From contig JBOEGD010000004.1 in assembly GCA_050633245.1 (NCBI GenBank), forward strand, positions 13,845 to 77,844: DNA of 64,000 nt. Direction: 5' to 3'. A program made the translations under genes and the position numbers. Each line of letters opens with the position of its first letter. Positions within the stretch are counted from its first letter, which is position 1. A model generated the notes under the pieces. That model was not told the DNA's origin and did no database searches. It saw nothing but the letters and a program-made list of their open reading frames with translations. Below, one piece after another: positions 9,929 through 19,931 of this stretch. Source of the stretch: Calditrichia bacterium (lineage in GTDB: Bacteria; Calditrichota; Calditrichia; RBG-13-44-9; J075).

Positions 9929-11047
9929 TTATTCATCGTCATCTCCGGTTAACCAGTTCCAGAGAGTGCGCGCGCCTTCTTCTTGTTTAGCTTCCCTTTC
10001 CCTTTGGTTTAACAACCAATGCCAAAATGAACCTCCCTCATCGCGTTTGCGCATTTTTTCCCACTCGCGATAAACGCTGCGTTTAGAAATTCCGATCGGC
10101 CCCTCAAAAATTCCTCCACCCTGGAAACCGTCGTAGACCTTTACGCTTATCGTGTTTTCACCACCGGGATCCAGTAAATCGGCTGGAACAAAATACGCGC
10201 GAACCTCCTGCCAGTAGTCGCCAAGGTCATTGCGATTACCGGGATTATCAACATCGCCGGTGCGGCCGATTCGCTCTCCATTTACATAGGTTTCATCAAG
10301 ATCATCGATTTTACCCAGTAACAATACAAGCTTTTCATCGGCCAGTTCGCGTGGCATATAAAACGTTGTTCGATACCAGGCATAACCATTGTAATCCTGA
10401 TATCCCTGATTTTCCCAATTACCGGGAACCACGATGTCTGTCCACTCACTGTCGTCGAGATTTCTGGCATGCCATTCGATGTTGTCGCCAATGCGAAACT
10501 TCCAGCTGCCGGCAAGCTCTATAGCGACATCCATTCCATCCATTCGTTCATAGATGCCAATCTGATTGCCGGTAATACCGCCTTCCAGTTGTGAATCATA
10601 AACGCGGATTGCAATTACGTTCTCTTCTTCGAGATTAAAAAAGGGGGTTGGAATCATGTATTCGCGGAAATGATTGTAGGCGGTCTGAAAGTTTGGTGGG
10701 AAGCCGCCGCTACCACCAACTCGTCTTCCATTAAGAAATACCTCATCGACATCGTCAATTTGTCCCAAGCGAAGCAAAAGTAAACTCGCGTCTGTTTGCT
10801 TTTCCAGCCTGAAAGAGGTTCGATACCAGGCATAGCCGTCGTAACTCGGAAAACCTTCATCTTCCCAAAAAGACGGCACGAATATTTTGTCCCAACCGCT
10901 GTCATCATAATCGGCATTTGCCCATTCCGCATCGTCACCAATTTCAAACTTCCAGCGTCCACGCAAATCGAGCAGGCGCCTGGTTTCAGCTGCCAGAGTC
11001 TCTGAGAGCGTAGAGAAGGTGATAAGTATAATTAAAGCCTTAATCAT
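9929..11047 (-). CDS. secreted protein with two tandem beta-galactosidase/GH2-N-type jelly-roll sugar-binding domains
   Basis: Signal peptide and two copies of L.G.WKF.IGD..EW....DDS.W..I.VP..WE..G...Y.GYAWYR..F....LG.IDD.DE...NG..IG. No catalytic domain recognised. Confidence 0.75.
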   Translation of the reverse strand: MIKALIILITFSTLSETLAAETRRLLDLRGRWKFEIGDDAEWANADYDDSGWDKIFVPSFWEDEGFPSYDGYAWYRTSFRLEKQTDASLLLLRLGQIDDVDEVFLNGRRVGGSGGFPPNFQTAYNHFREYMIPTPFFNLEEENVIAIRVYDSQLEGGITGNQIGIYERMDGMDVAIELAGSWKFRIGDNIEWHARNLDDSEWTDIVVPGNWENQGYQDYNGYAWYRTTFYMPRELADEKLVLLLGKIDDLDETYVNGERIGRTGDVDNPGNRNDLGDYWQEVRAYFVPADLLDPGGENTISVKVYDGFQGGGIFEGPIGISKRSVYREWEKMRKRDEGGSFWHWLLNQREREAKQEEGARTLWNWLTGDDDE

Positions 11048-11060
11048 GATTTTTCCTTTT

Positions 11061-11741
11061 CTATGGAATTAGTTTGTAACCAATTCCATGAACGGTAATA
11101 ATGTGACGCGGATGTGCCGGGTCTTTTTCCACGCGTTTCCGCAGCTTTAGAATAAAGTTGTCTACCGTGCGGGTTGTGGGAAAATCTTCATATCCCCAAA
11201 CGTCGTTGAGCAGTTTATCTCTGCTGATCGTTTGGTTTTGATGCTGCCACAGAAACTTTAATATTTCTACTTCCTTATGAGACATAGGTTCTGGTCTACC
11301 ACCGATTTCGGCATCGTAGGTGTCGAAATGGACGGTGAGGTTGCCGATCGTTATGGAACTGTCATTTTTGCCGGATGGTACCTTGCGTCTTAGCACGGCT
11401 TTAATTCTGGCCAGTAACTCGCGCAAACCAAAAGGCTTTGTCATATAATCATCAGCACCTAATTCCAGGCCGAGAACCTTATCAATTTCTTCTCCCTTTG
11501 CAGTCAGCATAATAACCGGGGTGCTGATTCCTTTGGCACGGCTTTGCTTGCAGACATCGAACCCGGACATACCGGGCATCATAACGTCCAGCAAGATGAG
11601 GTCATAGGAGTCAGTGAGAATCTTCTCGAGCCCACTGCTCCCATCAGGTGCGGTGTCGACTTCGTAGCCTTCGAATGAGAGATTGTCGCCAAGCCCCATA
11701 CGCATTTGTTCATCATCTTCTACAATTAGAATCTTAATCAT
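11061..11741 (-). CDS. OmpR-family DNA-binding response regulator
   Basis: VEDD, LLDVMMPG, GADDYMTKPF; winged helix TRTVDNFILKLR...HGIGY. Start set at ATG 11741, which overlaps the kinase stop. Confidence 0.95.
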   Translation of the reverse strand: MIKILIVEDDEQMRMGLGDNLSFEGYEVDTAPDGSSGLEKILTDSYDLILLDVMMPGMSGFDVCKQSRAKGISTPVIMLTAKGEEIDKVLGLELGADDYMTKPFGLRELLARIKAVLRRKVPSGKNDSSITIGNLTVHFDTYDAEIGGRPEPMSHKEVEILKFLWQHQNQTISRDKLLNDVWGYEDFPTTRTVDNFILKLRKRVEKDPAHPRHIITVHGIGYKLIP

Positions 11742-13299
11742 TTGAGTCTCCGCTCGGGAATCGTATTTCGAAGCGCGTGCCATTATTAAGTTTACTGGTG
11801 ACGTTCATCTCGGCATTGTGAGCGTCTACGATATGTTTTACCAGACTTAGCCCCAATCCGCTACCCCTGGTTGTGTGAATAAGATCGTTTGGTACGCGGT
11901 AAAACTTATCAAAAATATGTTTTAGGTTCTCCTGCGATATACCTACGCCACGATCACTGATAGAAAGTTCAACATGGCCGTTTTCCGCGGTCGTTGAAAT
12001 ATTGATTTGCTTCTCATCTTCGCTGTATTTGATTGAGTTGTCAAGCAGGTTGATAAGCAGCTGCTTTAAGGCTTCATTATCGCCGCTAATTATCGGCAGC
12101 TTCTCAGCCAGTTTGGTATGGAGCTCGAAGCCGGCATTTTTCAGATGATATTGATAGGTCTCGATAACTTCGCTAACCACGCTGTTGAGTTCTGTGGGCT
12201 CGCTGTTGTACGTTTTCTTTCCTGCTTCCATGCGAGAAAAATTCAGAATATTGTCTACCAAATGGCTAAGTCGTTCAGTTTCCCGGCCAATTATGTTTAA
12301 GTAATGTGCCTTTTTTTCTTCTGTGTTCACTCTGTTTAACTGTAGCGTTTCGGTAAACATACGAATTAGAGCAAGCGGCGTTCTCAGTTCATGTGAAATA
12401 TTTGATACAAAGTCTGCCTTAATGCGAGCAAGTTCAATTTCCCTGCGAATAGCGCTGTAGACGACCCATGCGCCTGCCATTGCAAAAAGAGCGAGAACGG
12501 AAATGATTAGTAGATTTTCACGAGTCCGGGTGCGAACGATATCTGCAATTGTTTCGCCCTGTAGACCTATTCCCAAATAGATATCGGGGAAAACCCACAT
12601 TTCTTTTCTTTCGCTGATTTCAACATCGCCTTTTTCAGGTAAAATATTATAGCGCTTTTTATCTGAGATAACTTCCAGATACAGATTGTGTCCTGCCAAC
12701 TCGGCAAGCTTCGGATTGAGAACGGTAGTAATAAATCCCGGCGCATTCAATCGCATACCTGCCACACTATATGAAGAGTCTCCATTAGTTCGCGGCAGGC
12801 GAAACAGCAGCACCACGGTGCTGGAATCTGCAATGCCTTCAGTTTGCAAGATTAGAGGTTCAAGTTTTAAATAGTTTTGATCCTGGTAACGTTCCAACCG
12901 CTGAAGCAGATCGTGCTTCTTTTTGATGGTTTGAGCAAATGCATTTTTGCTTGCAGTACTGTCTTCGGGAAGCTGTGTATAGGCAAGCGTCTTCTGATTC
13001 GTATCGTTATAGAAAAAAATGCCATCGACTGTCGAGGTACTCTCGAGGAACGCAGCAATGTCCTCGTCCGACTTTCCGTCAAGCTGCTCTACTTTTTGTC
13101 GCAGGCTATTTGCCGATTCCCAGGCATATTGATTTACCGAAAACAGAATCGATTCCAGTTGACGTAGGTAGATGTCTTGTAGTAACTGATCGCGCTCATT
13201 GCTCGACTGCACCTCTTTTACCGTATATACGATGACGGGAACGAGAACCACGAGAAGCAGAATGATGCCTATACGAGTTAATGTTGAGAAGCGATTCAT
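11734..13299 (-). CDS. membrane sensor histidine kinase
   Basis: Two TMs; FVSNISHELRTPL; NLLDNSIKY; DRGVG; GSGLGL. Confidence 0.95.
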   Translation of the reverse strand: MNRFSTLTRIGIILLLVVLVPVIVYTVKEVQSSNERDQLLQDIYLRQLESILFSVNQYAWESANSLRQKVEQLDGKSDEDIAAFLESTSTVDGIFFYNDTNQKTLAYTQLPEDSTASKNAFAQTIKKKHDLLQRLERYQDQNYLKLEPLILQTEGIADSSTVVLLFRLPRTNGDSSYSVAGMRLNAPGFITTVLNPKLAELAGHNLYLEVISDKKRYNILPEKGDVEISERKEMWVFPDIYLGIGLQGETIADIVRTRTRENLLIISVLALFAMAGAWVVYSAIRREIELARIKADFVSNISHELRTPLALIRMFTETLQLNRVNTEEKKAHYLNIIGRETERLSHLVDNILNFSRMEAGKKTYNSEPTELNSVVSEVIETYQYHLKNAGFELHTKLAEKLPIISGDNEALKQLLINLLDNSIKYSEDEKQINISTTAENGHVELSISDRGVGISQENLKHIFDKFYRVPNDLIHTTRGSGLGLSLVKHIVDAHNAEMNVTSKLNNGTRFEIRFPSGDSND

Positions 13300-13540
13300 T
13301 TACCATTCGTCCTTTCTGTTAAAATAATATAGAGTTGCCTCTAATATCCAAAGTTAATTCCTGTAATAGAATGTAAAATAATGTCACCAAAAGCGCAGAA
13401 AGGGCGATTTATCGCGCGAGATTCCTTAAAGTTCCCGCTCGGCGAACCCGTTTATGATACTACATAAAACGAACTTCCGGAAGTGGATTGACATATGTGT
13501 ATCCACCAGCCGGAGTTGCAATGATCAAAAGGAGTTGAGA

Positions 13541-15184
13541 ATGAAGCGTTTGTTGATACTAGCTTTGCTGTTACTGGCAAATTGTGTGTTCGCACAATCT
13601 TATGCGTTCGAATGGGCTCGTCAGGGCGGGGGAGTGGAAGATGATGAAATTTGGGGACTTGCCGTCGATGTTGAGAATAACTACTTCATTGCGGGCGCAT
13701 TTGAAGATGTATTCGGTCTCGGCGATACCGTCCTAACAAGTTCCGGTGAAGCTGATATCTTTCTGGCCAAATACAATCAAGACTCACAATTGTTATGGGC
13801 AAAGCGTTTTGGTAGCGAACATTATGACGCAGGCCTTACGACAACGACTGATAAAGAAGGCAATGTATATGTCGGCGGACTGACCGTTGAAGAAGATAAT
13901 GAGGGTAATACTGACAGCAATATATGGTTTGCGGCGTTGACAGGAGATGGCGATTTGCTTTGGTCAGAGCAGATTCGTTCTGCGAGTAACGATGTGCTGT
14001 TGGATATGGTTATTGATAGAAATGGAATATTGTATTTGACAGGTGAATATGAAGGTGCCGGAAGTATGGGCGGTTTCCGCCTGGAAGAATTTGGTGGCAG
14101 CGATATTTTCCTTGCTGCGTATAGTATCTCCGATCGTCGCTTTACACATGTTGCCTCAACAGGGGGACCAGACTACGATTACGGGCTGGCACTGCATCTG
14201 GGGAATTCAGGTGAACTTGTCTGGTCTGGAACATTTTATGATTCTGCTTCTATTTTAGGCGAGCCTAAAGTCGCAGTGGGAATGGATGATGTATTTGTTG
14301 CTCATCTTGATGCTGCGACATTCGCGGTTAACTGGTTGGCTACTGGTGGCAGCGATGAAGAAGATGCCGTTAACGGACTTACTATTGATAATAACGGAAA
14401 CGTATTTCTTGCCGGAGACTTTCGAGCGCGTGCCCTATTCGATGGTGTTGTGGTTGAGAGTAGTGGCGAAAACGATGTTTTCCTTGCGAAGTACGACGCC
14501 TCGGGATTTGTTCAGTGGGTACGTCAGGCTGGCGGACGTGCTGAAGATCGGGCACTCTCTGTTGCTGTTGACGCCTCGGGAAATAGTTACGTCACTGGTG
14601 GCTTTAAGGAAACCGTGTGGTTCGACGACATCGAGCACCAGTCTGTTGGTGAGCTTGATATCTTTTTGGCTCGCTACGATGCAAATGGCACTTTGTTAAC
14701 AGCTGTTAGCACTGGCGGCGAACGCAATGATGCTGCAACACGTTTGGAAATAGACGGCAGCGGTTCGCTTGTGATGGCAGGAGTTTTTCAAGCCGAAGCG
14801 GACTTTGGTGATACCAGTTTGGTTAGTGGTGGCGAATTTGATGTGTTTATCGGTCGTTTGTATGGTGCAGACATTACCGGTATTTTGCCAGCTGGAAGGA
14901 TTGAAGAAGACTTTCGTCTGGCACCAAACTATCCAAACCCGTTTAATCCATCAACAACTATACGCTTTTCCCTGGAAAAGGCAGCTGACGTTCGGCTGAG
15001 TATTTATTCGATTTTGGGTGAGGAAATTGCGGTACTGGTGCAGGGAGCTATCGAAGCAGGTGAGCACGACGCAATCTGGGATGGTCTTAATGCCGCAGGA
15101 CATGAAGTCGCTAGTGGTATGTATCTCTATCGTCTTCAAACAGACCGGCATAGTGAAACGCAGCGGATGATTCTGTTGAAGTAA
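13541..15184 (+). CDS. secreted SBBP-repeat beta-propeller protein with FlgD-Ig/T9SS-like CTD
   Basis: Repeats of D..GN.Y..G.F......G....S.G..DIFLAKYD..G...W; CTD NYPNPFNPSTTI...WDGLNAAG..VASGMYLYRL. AAGGAG RBS supports ATG 13541. Confidence 0.85.
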   Translation: MKRLLILALLLLANCVFAQSYAFEWARQGGGVEDDEIWGLAVDVENNYFIAGAFEDVFGLGDTVLTSSGEADIFLAKYNQDSQLLWAKRFGSEHYDAGLTTTTDKEGNVYVGGLTVEEDNEGNTDSNIWFAALTGDGDLLWSEQIRSASNDVLLDMVIDRNGILYLTGEYEGAGSMGGFRLEEFGGSDIFLAAYSISDRRFTHVASTGGPDYDYGLALHLGNSGELVWSGTFYDSASILGEPKVAVGMDDVFVAHLDAATFAVNWLATGGSDEEDAVNGLTIDNNGNVFLAGDFRARALFDGVVVESSGENDVFLAKYDASGFVQWVRQAGGRAEDRALSVAVDASGNSYVTGGFKETVWFDDIEHQSVGELDIFLARYDANGTLLTAVSTGGERNDAATRLEIDGSGSLVMAGVFQAEADFGDTSLVSGGEFDVFIGRLYGADITGILPAGRIEEDFRLAPNYPNPFNPSTTIRFSLEKAADVRLSIYSILGEEIAVLVQGAIEAGEHDAIWDGLNAAGHEVASGMYLYRLQTDRHSETQRMILLK

Positions 15185-15203
15185 AAAGTCAACTTTAGCT
15201 AAT

Positions 15204-15247
15204 ACAGCCTGCCACTCTTTTTTAAGAGGAGCGGGCTGTCTTTATTT
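15204..15247 (+). terminator. intrinsic terminator
   Basis: acagcctgc..ctctt / aagag..gcgggctgt stem, then tttattt, just after the 15184 stop. Confidence 0.55.
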
Positions 15248-15330
15248 AGAAAAAGCCAAATTGGAAGCTTCGGATTAAAAAACGCATATTTGTTGCATTC
15301 AAATCAGCTAGACTTTTATATTGTGCGGTG

Positions 15331-15344
15331 TTGACGATCGTCAA
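15331..15344. promoter_or_regulatory. perfect palindrome TTGAC-GATC-GTCAA (FNR/CRP-like operator geometry)
   Basis: ttgacgatcgtcaa lies 145 nt upstream of the first M23 gene. Confidence 0.4.
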
Positions 15345-15488
15345 TTTAGTTTATTTACTATAGCACTACTTTCTTGCTTAGTGAAGCATTGCCTTGTTGA
15401 TTTTGCGTGATACGAGATGAGGCTGACTGGGAAATCAGGGAGCTTGGGGACAGTTAAAGTTACTTATTCATAACGTGAGGAACGTATT

Positions 15489-16931
15489 GTGACCACCTAT
15501 CTCCGTCATTGCTGTATCGCCTTTTTTATACTCTTTTCTTGTACTATATCGTTTAGTTTTGCTCAAGCTCCGGTTGCAGAAGGTTTTTTTGAGCACAAAC
15601 AGGATGGTCCTTGTTTGACTGACGAAGCCAGAGCAGAAATGATGTCGCGTTTAAAAGAGCGTATTGCCGAACTTCGCAGAGACAATAAATTAACGCACTT
15701 GAAAAAAAATGCTGAAGTAAAGTATTCCTGGCCGGTTGCAGTCTCTCCCGAAATTGATGCCTTTGCAGTTCACGCGGTGTCGAATTATGTTGATCATGAC
15801 AATGATAGCAATTCACTACAAGATTATGAGTGTGGCAATCGCACCTACGATAGCGGAAGCTATGATCACAAGGGAACCGATTATTTCTCCTGGCCATTTA
15901 GCTGGTATAAAATGGACAATGACCATGCCCAGGTTGTTGCGGCGGCAGACGGAGTGATCGTCGAGATATACAGCGGGAATGATGACCGCAGCTGTAGCTT
16001 GAACGGATCCCAGTGGAATGCTATTTTTGTTATGCATGCCGATACATCGGTGACCTGGTATGGTCACATGAAGGAAAACAGTTTAACAAATAAAGACCTT
16101 GGCGATTCAGTCTCAGTTGGAGAATACCTGGGAATTATCGGGAGCTCCGGTAATTCAACGGGCCCGCATCTGCATTTTGAAGTCTATGATGGCGATAATC
16201 AATTAGTCGATCCGTACTTTGGGCCCTGTAATGAGCTAAATGATGATACCCTGTGGGTAGAGCAGCGCCCATATTACGACTCTGCTATCAACGCCTTAAT
16301 GACGCATTCAGCACCACCGGTATTCCCGTCTTGTCCTAATCCGGAAACACCAAATGAGAAAAATATCTTTCTTGCCGGTGAAGAGGCCTTTTTTGCTGCC
16401 TATTATCGAGATCATAGAAGAGATCAAGTCTCCGATTTTGAAATCCTTCAGCCGGACGGCAGCGTTTTTCAAAACTGGACGCATAGCCCGACCCGAAATT
16501 TTCGCAGTGCCGCCTACTATATATGGTCTTTTGATATGCCTTCTGATGCCATGCAGGGCACCTGGATTTTTCGCGCATCATTCGAGGGTGAAGTTTATGA
16601 AAAGACGTTTGAGGTTCCAACACTTACCGGGACAGGTGATGACGTTGTTCCTGTTACCAGTGAGCTGGTTCAGAACTACCCCAATCCATTCAATCCCGAG
16701 ACAACCATTGCTTATACTGTTAACCGGCCGGGAAGCGTTCGATTAACCATCTTCAACTTGCTTGGTGAAGAAATTCGTCAGCTGGTAGACGTAAATCAAA
16801 GTTCTGGCCGCTATAGCGTTAAGTGGGATGGAAGAAATAATGAGGGTGCAACTGTGGGAAGCGGAGTTTATCTATATCGTCTGGAAACGGTTGAATTAAC
16901 TGAGACCAGGCGTATGACGCTTGTCCGATAA
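15489..16931 (+). CDS. secreted M23 family metalloendopeptidase with FlgD-Ig CTD
   Basis: Signal peptide; HxxxD (HKGTD), YGHM, GSSGNSTGPHLHFEV; CTD NYPNPFNPETTI...WDGRNNEG..VGSGVYLYRL. Confidence 0.88.
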   Translation: MTTYLRHCCIAFFILFSCTISFSFAQAPVAEGFFEHKQDGPCLTDEARAEMMSRLKERIAELRRDNKLTHLKKNAEVKYSWPVAVSPEIDAFAVHAVSNYVDHDNDSNSLQDYECGNRTYDSGSYDHKGTDYFSWPFSWYKMDNDHAQVVAAADGVIVEIYSGNDDRSCSLNGSQWNAIFVMHADTSVTWYGHMKENSLTNKDLGDSVSVGEYLGIIGSSGNSTGPHLHFEVYDGDNQLVDPYFGPCNELNDDTLWVEQRPYYDSAINALMTHSAPPVFPSCPNPETPNEKNIFLAGEEAFFAAYYRDHRRDQVSDFEILQPDGSVFQNWTHSPTRNFRSAAYYIWSFDMPSDAMQGTWIFRASFEGEVYEKTFEVPTLTGTGDDVVPVTSELVQNYPNPFNPETTIAYTVNRPGSVRLTIFNLLGEEIRQLVDVNQSSGRYSVKWDGRNNEGATVGSGVYLYRLETVELTETRRMTLVR

Positions 16932-16989
16932 GCGAAATAATAAATAATGTAGCAGCAGAGAACGCAGTAATTGCAAGGAGGCATTTCTA

Positions 16990-18432
16990 ATGCTAAATGA
17001 CCTGAGTTTAAGGCATATACTTTATGGTATATGCCTTGTTATTTTCACCGGTGTTTCTGTGCTCTCGCAGGAACTCGCTGGCTTTGGGAATTACGAACAC
17101 CGTCAGACAGAACCCTGTATTTCGGATGCTGAACGAACTCATATTAAGCAAGAGCTTAATAAAAGCATTCAGCAGCTTAAAGCCGAGGGGCGTTTGAAAT
17201 TACCACGGCAAAATGGAACCGTCACATTTATAGAACCAATTCGTACTGCGCCAGGTGTTGATGCCTTTCAAACTTATGGCACGTCAAACTTTGTTGATCA
17301 CAATGGAAACGCGAATGCGCTACAGGATTATCAGTGCGGAACCCGTACCTATGATACGCCATCGTATAATCATAGCGGAGTTGATTATTTTGGCTGGCCG
17401 TTTGGCTGGTATCAAATGGATAACGATCAGGTTGAGATAATTGCCGCCGCAGACGGTGTGATCATTCAAAAGTTTGATGGTTGGTTCGATCGTAACTGCT
17501 CGTTTAACGGTTCTCAATGGAATGCGATTTATCTAATGCATTCAGACTCTACAGTTACATGGTATGGACATTTGAAAGCAAACAGCGTTACCAGCAAAAT
17601 AGCTGGAGAAAGCGTTGTGGCCGGTGAGTATCTTGGTATTATGGGAAGTTCGGGTAATTCGACTGGCCCACACCTGCACTTTGAAGTATATGATGCATCG
17701 GGCAACCTTCAGGATCCGTTTGCGGGGCCTTGTAATAATCTTAACACGTCATCAATGTGGCAGAATCAAACATCTTATTACGATGCCGGAATAAATCAGC
17801 TGTTATTACATTCCGCGCTGCCTGTTTTTCCAGCTTGTCCGACGCAGGAAGTGGTTAATATCAAGGAAACGGTAGCTCCTGGTGAGTTGACGTACTTTGC
17901 ATCCTACTATCGCGATCATCAACAAGGACAACGTAGCGACTTTAGTATCCTGCGCCCTGACGGCACTGTGTGGGTGGTTTGGGATCATACGCAAACGGCG
18001 CCGTATTTTAACGCCTCGTATTATGCCTGGACCTGGATTTTGCCAACGAATGCAGAGGCCGGTACGTGGACATGGCGAGCGGAATTTCAGGGGGTAGTAT
18101 ACGACAAAACCTTTATTGTAAACTCTCCGACCGGCATTGGAGACGAGCCGGAGAATATGGCGATTCCTCAGTCGCTGGAGCTCTCGCAGAACTATCCGAA
18201 TCCGTTTAACCCGACGACTATTATAAGTTATTCCTTACCGGAACGAACCAGCGTCAGGTTGCGTGTATACAATACGGCAGGGCAGGAAGTGGCAGACCTC
18301 GTGAATGCTAATCAGTCGGCTGGAAACTATAGCATTGACTTCGATGCTGCTAATTTACCAAGCGGAAGCTATCTGTATCGCTTAACGACCTCAGCAGGTA
18401 CAATTACCAATAAGATGACACTGTTAAAATAA
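16990..18432 (+). CDS. secreted M23 family metalloendopeptidase (paralog) with T9SS type-A-like CTD
   Basis: HSGVD, YGHL, GSSGNSTGPHLHFEV; collinear with the upstream gene; CTD NYPNPFNPTT...FDAANLPSGSYLYRL; AAGGAGG RBS. Confidence 0.88.
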   Translation: MLNDLSLRHILYGICLVIFTGVSVLSQELAGFGNYEHRQTEPCISDAERTHIKQELNKSIQQLKAEGRLKLPRQNGTVTFIEPIRTAPGVDAFQTYGTSNFVDHNGNANALQDYQCGTRTYDTPSYNHSGVDYFGWPFGWYQMDNDQVEIIAAADGVIIQKFDGWFDRNCSFNGSQWNAIYLMHSDSTVTWYGHLKANSVTSKIAGESVVAGEYLGIMGSSGNSTGPHLHFEVYDASGNLQDPFAGPCNNLNTSSMWQNQTSYYDAGINQLLLHSALPVFPACPTQEVVNIKETVAPGELTYFASYYRDHQQGQRSDFSILRPDGTVWVVWDHTQTAPYFNASYYAWTWILPTNAEAGTWTWRAEFQGVVYDKTFIVNSPTGIGDEPENMAIPQSLELSQNYPNPFNPTTIISYSLPERTSVRLRVYNTAGQEVADLVNANQSAGNYSIDFDAANLPSGSYLYRLTTSAGTITNKMTLLK

Positions 18433-18456
18433 ACAGAGCGACACCTACAAAAGCTT

Positions 18457-18492
18457 ATGCCGGTTTCTAGTATAGAAATCGGCATTTTTTTT
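18457..18492 (+). terminator. intrinsic terminator
   Basis: atgccggtttcta-gta-tagaaatcggcat followed by a T run. Confidence 0.8.
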
Positions 18493-18660
18493 AAGCAAAA
18501 AGACGTGGAACATGTAAGATATACTGTCATTCAATTGTCAGCCGAACATAGGTAGAAAGAATACACCGGCAAAAGTATCAGTACTTGATTAGATTGCCGA
18601 AATATTTTATAATAAGGAGCTTTGTTCGGTTAGAGATTCGAAATGGAATGAGGAGAATAC

Positions 18661-19752
18661 ATGAACACCATAAGCATAACAAAAAATTACCTGACAACAA
18701 TTACAATTGTCCTTTTGACAGGGGCGATGTCGCTGCTGGCGCAGAAAGTTCCGCAGGTACCTGCCGATGCAATGGCACCAATGGACTCAACTTTTGATAA
18801 GCCGCTAAAAAACGGTATTGCAATGGTATATGGCGATAACTATCAGGGCAGTATCGCCTTGTTTGATAGTCTACAGAAGGTTTACCCGGCACATCCTGCA
18901 CCATATTTCTATATGGCAGCTTCGTACCAAGCCTGGATGGGAAGTTATCGAATTAACAAGTTTCAAAAAAAGCTTGAAGATAATGTTGAATTTGCCATCG
19001 AGAAGGGCAATGATCTTATTGAAAAAAATCCTGCTGATCCGTGGCTAAACTTTTATGTTGGTGCTGCCTACGGGTATCGCGCGTTTAACCGCTTTCGCAA
19101 CTCAAACTGGATCGGCGCTTATTTTGATGGTCGTAAGGGGATCGGAAACTTTGAGAAATCACTGGAAAAAGAAGAAACGCTCTACGACGTTTATCTCGGA
19201 CTTGGCTCATATTATTACTGGCGAACTGCGCGTTCCAAGTTTATTCGTGCCGTCGCATTCTGGATGCGCGATAAGCGTAAAGAAGGACTCAAACAAATAG
19301 AGTTCTCCATTAAACATGGTCGTTACTGTCCACCGGAATCCATCTTCGGTTTGGTGATTGCTCTTTATGATGATGAGCAATATGACAAGGCGTATTCTAT
19401 TCTGAATACATATATGGAAGATGAGCAGCAGAATATAATCTCAGGACTCTATCTACGAGGCTTACTTGAAGCTCAGCGACAGGACTGGACAAAAACTCGG
19501 GAATTGTTTACTAAAATTCTAACCCGTCTGGAATCTCATCAATATCAGTCGATTGGCTATCAGGTGGAGTGTAAATACTGGCTGGCGTTGGCTGCCCAGA
19601 AGCAAAATGATCTGGAAAACGCCAAAAAACTTGCGACTGAAGCAAGGGCAATGAGTAAAAAACGTAACAAAGATGTAGAACTTGAAGGCCCAATCTTTGA
19701 GTTTAATGCGATAATGGATCGTCTTAAAGAGCTGGAAAAGCAGCTCGGTTAA
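18661..19752 (+). CDS. secreted TPR-like alpha-helical repeat protein
   Basis: Signal peptide, GAGGAG RBS, TPR-like helices (PAPYFYMAA, FYVGAAYGY, DVYLGLGSYYYW). Confidence 0.7.
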   Translation: MNTISITKNYLTTITIVLLTGAMSLLAQKVPQVPADAMAPMDSTFDKPLKNGIAMVYGDNYQGSIALFDSLQKVYPAHPAPYFYMAASYQAWMGSYRINKFQKKLEDNVEFAIEKGNDLIEKNPADPWLNFYVGAAYGYRAFNRFRNSNWIGAYFDGRKGIGNFEKSLEKEETLYDVYLGLGSYYYWRTARSKFIRAVAFWMRDKRKEGLKQIEFSIKHGRYCPPESIFGLVIALYDDEQYDKAYSILNTYMEDEQQNIISGLYLRGLLEAQRQDWTKTRELFTKILTRLESHQYQSIGYQVECKYWLALAAQKQNDLENAKKLATEARAMSKKRNKDVELEGPIFEFNAIMDRLKELEKQLG

Positions 19753-19763
19753 TACCCTCTTTT

Positions 19764-19795
19764 AAACCCTGGCGATAGATAGTCGCCGGGGTTTT
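19764..19795 (+). terminator. intrinsic terminator
   Basis: aaaccctggcga-N7-tcgccggggttt stem after the 19752 stop. Confidence 0.6.
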
Positions 19796-19931
19796 ACTCT
19801 GCAACAGTTCATCCCTTCGCCAATTTCTTTCAAAAATAAAGCTTCATTACCCCGAATTTATCACGCTCTCCCTTATGATGTTTTTAATCTTGTTGTATTC
19901 GAAAACAATATTCTCTTACTCTGAGGTGACC

